A DNA stretch of 64,000 nucleotides from Thecamonas trahens ATCC 50062 (Eukaryota; Protista; Apusomonadida): positions 372,001 to 436,000 of the forward strand of contig NW_013657677.1 of NCBI RefSeq assembly GCF_000142905.1. Reading direction: 5' to 3'. Shown piece after piece: positions 45,901 to 54,754 of this stretch. The notes beneath the pieces were generated by a model. That model searched no databases and had not been told where the DNA came from. It worked only from the letters and a program-made list of their open reading frames with translations. Numbering within the stretch: position 1 is the stretch's first letter; the number at the start of each line of letters is the position of its first letter. Both the position numbers and the translations under genes were made by a program.

Positions 45901-46212
45901 AGTGATGCCAGGCAGCGCCTGCAGGGCCGAGCCGAGAGCCTGCGCGGCGAGCCAGACCTCTGCGTAGGTCACAAACGCATACTCGCCCAACGCGCCGCTG
46001 TCCTCGTCGCGCTGGCGAGTGCCGAGGAGCGGGCGGTCGTGATATAGGCCAAAGTACGCATATAGCGAGGCATACAGCGTGTCCTTCTTGTTCGACTGAT
46101 GCGCCGCCGACGCCCATGATCGCAGGTACTCGAGCTGAGTCGCCGACAACTGTTCCGGCTCGATGCTTGTGTCAAGGGTGAGGCCTTTCAGCTCGTCGGC
46201 GGTGTCTGACAT
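42958..46212 (-). CDS. Carboxylic acid reductase-like adenylation-thiolation-reductase (A-T-R) enzyme
   Basis: A domain: YTSGSTGPPKG, GFGTTE, YFRTGD, IIDRAKNVFKL. Carrier Ser motif: GLDSMSAV. R domain: VTGGTGLIG, ANVLGT, GYALSKWVAE, RPGMV. Confidence 0.85.
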   Translation of the reverse strand: MSDTADELKGLTLDTSIEPEQLSATQLEYLRSWASAAHQSNKKDTLYASLYAYFGLYHDRPLLGTRQRDEDSGALGEYAFVTYAEVWLAAQALGSALQALPGITAASAAGNQPFIGLCSINRAEWVVADLACVLYSMVSVPLHVTLSAEAMAYIAAHSGITVVIVAAEAADKLLAALATATEPLALRTLVCMEGIETLSDDARAAAAAINLELLGYPQLVAAGAAAFVPHSDSIPPSAIHTIIYTSGSTGPPKGAVMTCDRWNKFITAPYLMPFPIIRISFAPFAHVAERQTLYITMACGGRFGFYTGDMDRIFDELALLRPTMFASVPRFYNLLYSKYQAALDAALAAAPPSTNPIEVDNAVVSSFSSVLGGRTQYIVTGSAPTSAEVKRFLRRAFACPLYDGFGTTEVGGIAVDNVISNNVDVRLLDLPHLGYTTADKPHPRGEICVKTPHMITSYYNNERATRSAFTSDGYFRTGDVGVMEADGQVRIIDRAKNVFKLANAEFCAPEGIENTLLASPLIDQLFVYGDPQRTFLVAVIVPNTAHAQVDTADPELAAKMLAELSRVGAAAHMPQYEIPAAVHLASEPFTPDNGLMTYSNKLARKQLTTRYIDDIEALYAAGPQRAGHGHNLLAAATQPGQGLDSMSAVKLSSLLQAQTGSVVAPSALLEAAARGDDVLAALLESPGSSAAAPDLASVVAADLGMDLNLQRCERKGNVLSNDHKTWFVTGGTGLIGSHVIRAVLALPDVDVIALVRGESHAAARARLTSVLTTAGVDEHALTRLSVLAGDLAEPQLGLDVSSWAGLVELVEVIVHSGAIVNWLDPYAALRSANVLGTAEVLRLAAAGSRDPTLVALSTVGTAGWTENDLQPFENMLSSSGYALSKWVAEQLVARALASGAIRGVIVRPGMVTGCSETGVCNPTDFVSRLMVGVPALGAYFDSDAVLDMTPVDFVAQVIVLLGEHGLRAGFGSVVFHLTNVARSRSYAALGRAIATFCAAHDPPRTLVALPYPEWRARLLADDGPALFPLRPFFAVDFSMGYRALDTSHTDAFLAWLAAAGIDHPTWPQIDDQLVARYLSWLGVA

Positions 46213-46323
46213 AGCTGTGCTGATCGAGTGGGGGTTAAAAGGGGGGGGGGGGGGGGGGAAGAAGGGGGGGGGGGAGGAGGAAGGGGGAAGAGGAGGGGGC
46301 GGTGACGAATGTGGCGTGTTGCT

Positions 46324-46392
46324 GCCACCGGCCACCGGCCACCAGCCACCGGCCACCAGCCACCGGCCACCGCCACCAGCCACCAGCCACCG
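46324..46392. repeat. 7-bp tandem repeat (GCCACCR)n in the CAR/GMPS divergent intergenic region
   Basis: About 10 copies of GCCACCG/GCCACCA. Confidence 0.9.
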
Positions 46393-46436
46393 GTCGTCGG
46401 GGCAATTACCACCTCACCACCACCGCCACACGATCA

Positions 46437-48605
46437 ATGGCGACAGACGAGAGCGCCACCGTGGCCATTCTAGACGCAGGCTCGCAGTTCTCCAAGGTCA
46501 TCGACCGCAGAGTCCGTGAGCTTGCGGTCCATTCCGAGATTCTCCCACTGGATACCCCGCTTGATGTCCTCGCCAAGTACAAGGTGCGTGCCATGCCCGT
46601 CCCTGCCGTCTGTGGCTCTCGCGTGAGCTGATGGCCATCCCCTGCCACCTTTCGCCCTCTTTGCTGGCTGCCCTCTCCTCCTCGTCTCCGTCCCACACTC
46701 ACTCTCTCGCCATTATCTTCGCAATTGCTACATCTGCATGGTTGTGGGTGGGTGGGTGGGTTGGTGGGTGTGCGTGTGCGGGGCGGGGGATGGATATAGG
46801 CGCTGATTGTGTCGGGTGGGCCCGGGTCGGTGTACGACGCAGCGGCGCCGCAGGCAGCCGACGGCCTGTTCGACCTGGATGTCCCGCTGCTGGGCATCTG
46901 CTACGGGATGCAGATGATGGCCATGCACTACGGGTGCCGGGTCGAGGCTGGCGAGGTGCGGCAGGACGGAGTGTTTGCCATCCAGCTTGCCAGCGAGCCG
47001 ATCTGCCCGCTGTTTGCCGACCTCGCGTCAGCCGAGACCACCGAGGTACTCCTCACCCATGGCGACTCGGTGCTCGAAGTCTCCGAGGACGTGCGGAGCG
47101 TGGCAGCGACCGATGAGGGCATTGTGGCGGCGATCGAGGTTCGCGATGCGAACAAGGCTCAGTTTGGCCTCCAGTTCCATCCCGAAGTCGACCTCTCGGT
47201 CGAGGGCATGACCATTCTGCGCAACTTTCTGTTCGCCGTCGCCGGAGTTCCGGCCACATACACGCTCACCTCGCGCAAGGAGATGGCGATCGAGTACATC
47301 CGCGGAATGGTGAGTGGTGACGACAAGGTGCTGGTGCTTGTCTCGGGCGGTGTCGACTCGTCGGTCTGTGCCACGCTTGTCAACGAAGCGCTCGGCCCCG
47401 AGCGCGTTGTCTGCATCCACGTCGACAACGGCTTTATGCGCAAGGGTGAGTCGACACAGGTTGCGGCGGCGCTGCGGGCGGTCGGTCTCGAGCTCGATGT
47501 CATTGAGGGCGCCGAGACCTTTTACAACGCGCACACCGAGGTCGACGGCGTGAGCGTCGGCCCGCTCAACGAGCTCGTCAATCCCGAGGCCAAGCGCAAG
47601 GTCATTGGCGACACGTTCATGCGGATCACCAACACCAAAGCTGCCGAGCTCGGGCTGGACCCGAACGCGGTCTTCCTCGCCCAGGGCACGCTCCGGCCGG
47701 ACCTCATCGAGTCGGCGTCCAAGCTGGCCAACGCGTCGGCGACGGCGTCGGTCATCAAGACCCATCACAACGATACCGCGCTGGTGCGGCTCCTCCGCGA
47801 CGCTGGGCGCGTCGTCGAGCCGCTGCAAGAGTACCACAAGGACGAGGTCCGCCAGCTCGGCCTCGAGCTCGGCCTCCCAGAGCACCTCATCTCGCGGCAG
47901 CCATTCCCTGGGCCCGGCCTCGCCATCCGCATCCTCTGCGCTCACTCGGCGTTTGTCCCGCCCAACGCGGCTGCCATTGCCGAGGTGCTGGCGGGAGCCA
48001 CCGCAGAGACGCCCGACTACTCGGCCGCTGTCCTCCCGGTCGCCTCGGTCGGCGTCCAGGGCGACGGGCGGACGTACGCCTCGCTCGTCGGCCTGTTTGG
48101 CCCGGTCGTCGCCGACGACACGCTCGCCACTGTCGACGCCATCGACTGGCGCCACGTCTTTGACCTGGCCAAGTCGATTCCCAAGCGCGCCCGCGGCGTC
48201 AACCGCGTGGCGTACGTCTTTGGCGAGCGTGTGGCCAACGGAGATGCCGCGCTGGCCACCATCACGCCGACGCTCCTCACGCCCGACGTCATTGCGTCGC
48301 TGCAGGAGGCCGACGCGGTCGTCAACGCCATCCTCGGCGACGCCGGCCTCCTCACCAAGCTCTCGCAGGTCCCGGTCATCCTCTTCCCGGCCAACTTTGG
48401 CGTCGACGGCGCGCGGTGCATCTGCATCCGCACCATGGTCACCAACGACTTTATGACCGGCGTTCCGGCGCTCCCAGGCACCGAGCTCATGCCAAAGGCT
48501 GTTCTCGCCGCCATCGTCGACGCCCTCCTCGCCCTACCCAATCCGCCAGCGCGGGTCGTCTACGACTGCACCTCCAAGCCGCCGGGCACGACTGAGTGGG
48601 AGTAA
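46437..48605 (+). CDS. GMPS: GMP synthase (glutamine-hydrolysing), 2 exons
   Basis: Exons 46437-46583 and 46800-48605 (GTGCGT..TAG intron). Motifs ILDAGSQ, GICYGMQ, QFHPEV, SGGVDS, QGTLRPDLIES, IKTHHN, RQPFPGPGL and TSKPPGTTEWE. Confidence 0.96.
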
Positions 48606-48669
48606 CACGCGCGCGTAGCAGACAAGCGCAGTCCAAAACAAGTCTGTTTATCGACACCCGCGCCTGGTC

Positions 48670-49699
48670 TTAGTACGAGGCCGAGGCCGAGGCCTGGTCG
48701 TAGGTGTACTCGTCGTCGATGGCGTCCGAGTACGAGTGGCGGGCGCCGCCGGCGCAGCAGAAGCAGTCCTCGTCGATAAAGGTCCACTTGTAGCCGAGAA
48801 CAAAGAGGGCGGCACCGGCAAACGGCAGGACAAGGAAGACCCAGAAGTCGTCAAACTCGCCCGAGATGATCGACGTGCCGAGCGAGTACGCCGGGTTGAA
48901 GATCGACGTGGTCAGCGGCGCGGCAACCGTGACAAGCGACTGCACAAAGAGGCCGAGCGCGAGCGGCGCCGTCGACTTGAACGTCTGCTGCTTCTTCTTC
49001 GAGTAGAGGACGTAGAACGCCGTCGCCAGCGCGCCCGAGAGGAAGAACTCAAGCATGATCCCGTTGAACAGCGTGTAGTTGTTGCCGCCGCGGTATGAGT
49101 CGGGCACGCCCGAGACACCGAGGTTGAGCACGTCGCGGCCAGACTCGGACACAAACATCCACGCCAGCAGACCGCCGGCAATGCCGCCCACAAACTGCAC
49201 CACAACCAGCATAATCGCAAGCACCAGCGAGCTCTCGCCGGCGAGCGCAAACGCTGTCGTCACCGCAGGGTTAAAGTGCCCAAAGCCATCCGACGATGCC
49301 TCCTGCACCATGTACAGCAGACCGATGAGCGCAAGTCCCGCCACAGACGCAGAGCCCGCTGCAAATCCATCAACCACATGACAATAACCGGTGAGTGTGG
49401 GCCAGCAGTAACTCGTGCCGCGTCGTAGAGTCACAACACCATCGTCAGCAGCGCGTAAGAGCCGTTTGCTGACGGGAGAAAAAAAAACCGTTGAAGCCCG
49501 TCGCAGGCAAAGCAGGGCACATTCCCCCCTCTTCCCCCTCACGCATCATGCCCATCCACACTACCAGCTAGGACGTACATCCAGCGGTGGCGGCTGTAGC
49601 CACCACGCCGACGTAGAGCGAGGTCCCAATGAACTCGAGGGACAGCTCCCTCCACCACTTGCGGGCCTCGGAGGTGTCGCAGTTGCAGTCGATCGACAT
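48670..49699 (-). CDS. Aquaporin/MIP family channel, 2 exons
   Basis: Exons 49699-49579 and 49358-48670 (GTACGT..ACTCAC..CAG intron). Motifs LEFIGT, GHFNPAVT, LEFFLS and IFNPAYSLG. Confidence 0.85.
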
Positions 49700-49959
49700 G
49701 TTTGTTCGTTCGTTCGAGAGAAGGATGTCATGCCACGTCCACGCTACGCCATTCCGCGCGCGGAGCCGGGGCCACCGACGGCCGAACGACCGATCGGCTC
49801 AAACGACTGAACGCACACGCGACTCGACACCTCGTCACCGGTGCGCTTTGCGCCTGCTCTGTGATTTCTCACTCTGCCACATCGCTCTGCCACTCTCCCG
49901 ACCGAGCTGATTCTGGTCGTGGCCCACATCGGTCGTATTCTCGTGCCGAGCAACGTTGT

Positions 49960-50690
49960 GGTGCTGGCGAGAGCGCCTATGCCGCTATCCTCGGCTCGCA
50001 CGACGGGCGCGCGCTCGCTCGCGCCTCGGCTGGATATGCGAGGTGCATGAAGCTGGGGTTATGGGACAGGGTGCGTGTTGCGCTTGTCCGGCCTGCCAGC
50101 TCCTCAGACTGGGACGGTGGATTATTCTGGGCTCGGGCGAGCCACATACTGCCGGTGGCCAGCGCGGTCAACCGCGACCCGGTGTGGCCGACGCTGCGCC
50201 GCAGCGCTTGGTCCGTGCGCCCACGGCGCCGACGGCAGCCAGAATGGCGCACAAGCTCAGTGTGGAGCCGCACAGCCACGTGACGTTGATCGCATGTGTG
50301 ATCTGCCATGAGCTGGGCGTCGACGTCCGTGCAGTGACCGGCGCTAGCGCTTGAGCTGCTGCTCCTCGCTTGTGCGGCGGATCGATCCGCGTGCTGACGT
50401 CGAGCCTCGAGCCAGCAAGCAGCAAGCAGCAAGCAGTATGCCGTCCACAACGGGCGCACGTCTGATGGTCAGCCTTGTCCTCGCATCTGGCATCGTTGAT
50501 CCCGCCGGCGTCAATCAAAGGCCCGCGGAGATTGTCGGCAAGCTTCTCGACTCTGCTGGGCGTCGACCTGACCGCCGACCTCAGCTATGCCTTTTAGGCT
50601 ACGTCTGCCCTCGGCGACAACGCCACCATCACCTACATCGCCGAGGCCGCCGAGTTTGCACCTCAATCCGAACGCATGTCCGGTACCGAG
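49960..50690 (+). pseudogene. Probable decayed ankyrin-repeat gene
   Basis: Fragments in different frames, broken by stops: RALARASAGYARCMKLGL; ELGVDVRA; TGARLMVSLVLASGIVDPA..EIVGKLLDSAG; GVDLTADLSYAF*ATSALGDNATITYI. Confidence 0.4.
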
Positions 50691-50755
50691 ACTCGGTCAT
50701 GCTGTGACCGGCGTCGTCACTGCCTCTCTCTCCCTCGGCAACCTCATTCTTCCCC

Positions 50756-52827
50756 ATGGGACAGAACCGCTCCCGTCCCAAGGCAGACAATGAGTGTACG
50801 CACACCGCAGCCGCCTGCAAACTTCAGCCGTCGCCCTCCACCCTCTCCTCCCTTCCCGGCACATGTGCTGCGTCGGTGACGCGTGCATGTGACTGCGCCC
50901 CCCCCCCTTGCGACATTCACAGGCACAGACACAGACACACACACACACACACTCTCACTCACTCACTGCTGCCCACTCCCACCATCCACCTACTCTTGCA
51001 GTGGCGCAAGAGTTTGCCACCCGGTTCGTCCGCGGGTGGAGGACCGAGTCCAAGGCGCTTGCTGTGCCCGGCAGGAAAGAGCTGGTGGAGGCGGTGGTCG
51101 ACGTTCTCAAAGCCGTCCCGCGCGAGCATGCAGTGCTGGAGCTCTCGTTTGCCTGCATCCAGTTTGATCCTCCGGCGTGGACAGCGCTGGTGGGTGCGGC
51201 GACGGCTTCGCGCGGGCTCTCGCAGTTGGTGCTGGCTTCAAATGGGCTTTCAGCCCGCCACGCGCCGGCGCTGGCCGGTCTCGTTGTTCAGGCGCCGAGT
51301 CTGCTGCAGCTCTCGCTTGAAGGCAACAGGCTCGGGCTCGACGGCCTCGCACAGGTGCTGCGGGTTGTGCCGATGGCGCGCATTCTGCGGGATCTCAACA
51401 TCTCGGCGTGTGTTGTCCGCGGCGAGTGCGGCGACGAGCTGGTCGACCTGCTTGTCGAGGCCTACGCCGGCTCTAGCACGTTGGAGATGGTGGCCATGCG
51501 CGAGTGCAACGTCTCTTGGCACGGCTTTGCCAAGCTCGAGGCTGCACTGGATGTCATCCCGCAGATCTCGTACGTCGACTTGGTCGATAACCCGCTGTCG
51601 GGCGTCAACCGCGAGCGACGCGTCGCCTTTGCGGCCGCCCTCGAGCGCAACGCCGCGGTATGGGGCGTTGTCAAGGGCCTCTTTGATGCGATGTACGTCG
51701 AGATCGGCGCCAAGCGGCGGGCGTCGTTTGCAGCGAGCCAGATTCGGCCAGGGCGTTCGGTGTCTGTTGTCGACGAACAACCAGAGCGTGACTTTGCGGC
51801 GCAGTCGGTGTACAAGAGCTTAACGCCCGGCCAGCGCCTTATTGGGCGCAGCGGCACGCCGGCCACCGTCGCGGTTGCCCCCGACGTGCCCGATGCATTG
51901 CCCAACGTGAATGACCCGCGCGAGCTGGAGGCTTCGTTTGCCTCGCCGGCGCTGACGCTCTTTGCCTACGACATGCAAGGTCGGCGGCAGGAGATGGAGG
52001 ATTCGCTGGTGACGGTCTCGGGCTTTGGAGGGAGCGAGGCCGTCGACGTACTTGGCGTGTTTGACGGCCACGGCTCGACCGAACCCTCGCGCTACGCCAC
52101 CCGCAACCTCCTGCCGCTTCTTGCGCGCGAGCTGGCGCAGGCTGCTGCTGGTCCGTCAGCCGGTGCAGCGGATGACTCGGCCACAGTGACGACCGGGCAG
52201 ATGCGGTTTGCGCTCTCGTCGACGTTTGTCGCACTCGACAAGCTTATGACGCCGTGGGCGGTCTACTCTGGCACAACCGGCTTAGTGGTGGCGCGGGTTG
52301 GCCGCGCGCTCGTCACCGCCAACGCCGGCGACTCGCGGGCGGTCCTCGGTCTTGCTGACGGGAGTGCGATTCGGCTCTCGGAAGACCACAAGCCCGAGCT
52401 CGCATCGGAGAAGAGTCGGATCGAGGAGGCCGGCGGCTTTGTAGAAGCCGGCCGGGTGAACGGACGGCTCGGTGTGGCCCGCGCGCTCGGCGACGGTCTC
52501 TACGGCGACGCCGTCACCGCGCAGCCGGGCGTGACTGTCACATCGCTCGAGCCAGGCGTGCTGTGTGTCATTCTCGCATGCGACGGCGTGTGGGATGTGC
52601 TGTCGGACACCGCGGCGGTTGGCATTGTGAGCCGAGTCCTTGCCGCCGACGGTAGCAGCAAGCGCAACCCGGCCGAGGCCCTTGCTCGTGCCGCATACGT
52701 CTCGGGCTCGATGGACAACATCAGTGTGCTTGTTGGCGTGTTTAACGATGTAGCGGCGACAACGGCGAAGCCGGCGACGCCGACGACCGAAGCTGGCTCA
52801 CCGGCTGCGGAGCCGTGCCCGACGTGA
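50756..52827 (+). CDS. LRR (RNI-like) + PP2C protein phosphatase, possible N-myristoylation, 2 exons
   Basis: Exons 50756-50795 and 51002-52827 (GTACGC..ACTCAC..CAG intron). LRRs LVLASN, LSLEGN, LNISAC. PP2C motifs GRRQEMED, VFDGHG, ANAGDSR, ARALGD, ACDGVWD and DNISV. Confidence 0.88.
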
Positions 52828-54468
52828 CCCGCAAGACGTGCTTGACGACCGAGGCGCGCGGCCGTGGCCGTGTTGCCGCCGCTGCTGCCGCCGCCGCGTT
52901 CTTGCCCAAGACGGGCTGTGAGACTGAGCGGAGAGGGTCGCCACGCGGCAACGGTGACGGCGACGACGCTCGCGGCGGCGACTCTGACTGCGAGCGCGAC
53001 CCAGATCCAGACCCAGATCCCGAGCCCGACCGTGACTCCAGCCTCGAGCCCAACCCGGATCCCGACCGCAAACCCGACCGCAGACTGGTTCTGCGCCGCT
53101 TGGGTGAGCCCGGACTCGAACCCGAGCCAGAGCCAGATCCCGTCCCCAAGCCCGAGCCCGAGCTTGGGTGTAGTGACCTGGAGTTGCCTTTGGCCCGCCG
53201 CCGCTTGCGCAAGCGGCGGCGCGGCGAGTTGACTTTGCCCGCTGCTGCCGCGATGGGCGCTGCCTGCAGCATCCAACGGCCGACGCTTGGCGAGTAAGCG
53301 ACGAGATCAAGGTCGCGTAGGTTGTGCATGACGGCCAGTCCTTGGTCCTTGGTCCGCAAGCCGAGATGGTCTTGCAGCACGCGCCGCGAGACATGGTCGC
53401 TGCCTGCGCGTAGCTCTGCAGCAAGGAACGCGACGGCTGCGGCGAGCTGGGCGTCGCTGCGCGGGTTGTCCGACGCTGTGTCGGCACCCGGCGGGGTGGG
53501 CGGCGGCGGCGTGACCCGCTTGGAGCCGCCAACAATGCGTGGGCCAGCTGTGCGGGCGGCGTCGTCGAGACGGGCGAGCTCGGCCTCCAGCGCCGCGTTC
53601 TCGCGCTCGAGCCGGCGAGTGTCGGCCTCGAGCGACGACAGCTCGTCGCGCTCCGACTCGGGACTGGGGCGAGGCCGTGGCGGCTGCGGCAACGGTGATG
53701 GTGATGGCGACGGCGCCGAAGCGCCAAGCGGAACGTCAGCTGGAAAGACGCCGAGCTTGGCCGGCGCCACTGGCGGGGAGGCTTCGTCGTCAGCAAGCCC
53801 GTCGAGCACCGTCCGCATGCCCATGTCGTAGACATGGTGATGGGTCCGGACCGAGCCGACGGCAAACTCGAGCGGCTTGCGGGTGAAGAACATGGGCTCG
53901 TTGGCCGGAGCCGGCTGGAAGAAGAGCGGCTCGTAGTCGGGCGGCGCGGTGTCCGAGTAGATGACCCGCATCATGATGTAACGGTCGACGACGAGCGGCT
54001 GCAGAGTCTGGCACAGCAGCGTCAGCGTCCGCATCATGGTGATGGTGGAGAACTTGATCTCTTTTTGGTCTGTGGCGGGTGCGGGCGTCGCGGCGTCGTA
54101 TCGCCTGATGCCGCAGAGACAGAGACCGACGGCAGCCCGTCGGGGCCCGATGGGTACTGGACCTGAAAGTGGTACGACTCAACGAGCTCGTCCGAGGCGG
54201 CCTCGTAGACGCCGAGGATGATGTGATCGATGTAGCCGAGCTTGAGCGCCGGAAACACGCCCTGCTCCAGCCAGTTGCACAGTTCCTGAGCCTCATCAGT
54301 CGACGGCTTGAGCGACTTGATCCGCAGCCCATTGAGCGTTCGGTCGTAGAAGCAGTGCTCCGGAAAGAGCGAGCGGAGGTAGGCAATGGTGGAGATCGAG
54401 CAGCGGAGGAGATTGCGGACGAGGCAGAGTGACTCGGATGCGGTGACAGACTCGGTAGCGCTCGCCAT
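52742..54468 (-). CDS. HOP1: Meiotic HORMA-domain axis protein Hop1/ASY1/HORMAD (one frameshift)
   Basis: HORMA motifs ESLCLVRNLLRCSISTIAYLRSLFPEHCF, WLEQGVFPAL, VESYHF, MMRTL..LQPL, YSDTAPPDYEPLFF and VGSVRTHHH. Adding one A at 54062-54066 joins the two ORFs. Confidence 0.88.
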
Positions 54469-54754
54469 CGCCGCAGCCACAGATCGGACCATGACGAGGT
54501 GTGCCTCCGATGTAGATGTCGGCGCTGCAGCTTGCGTGCCCCTCGCTTACGTGGCTGCGGTTTTGACGACGCCCGCCAGAAGAAAGCCACCAGCGGTTGA
54601 TCGCCGTATTCCGAAAAAGGCCGTGGCGATCAGGCATTCTTTGCCAAGTTGGGAGGTGTGCCGTGCATGTTAAAACACAGCCATTCTCGCTTCCGTGCGC
54701 ACACCCCCTCCGCCTTTGATATCCACATCCTTTGATAACCAGCCATCAATAGTC
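54469..54754. promoter_or_regulatory. Putative bidirectional promoter shared by HOP1 and DMC1
   Basis: 286-bp spacer between divergent start codons; function inferred from geometry only. Confidence 0.55.

Noticed and set aside
42958-46212. Lys2 alpha-aminoadipate reductase or a true NRPS
   Set aside because: There is no condensation domain, and the A domain is acyl-CoA-synthetase/CAR-like.
50130-50210. Small hairpins suggesting a structured ncRNA
   Set aside because: The stems are short and GC-rich, with no snRNA, SRP, RNase P or tRNA motif. A decayed coding sequence explains the region better.
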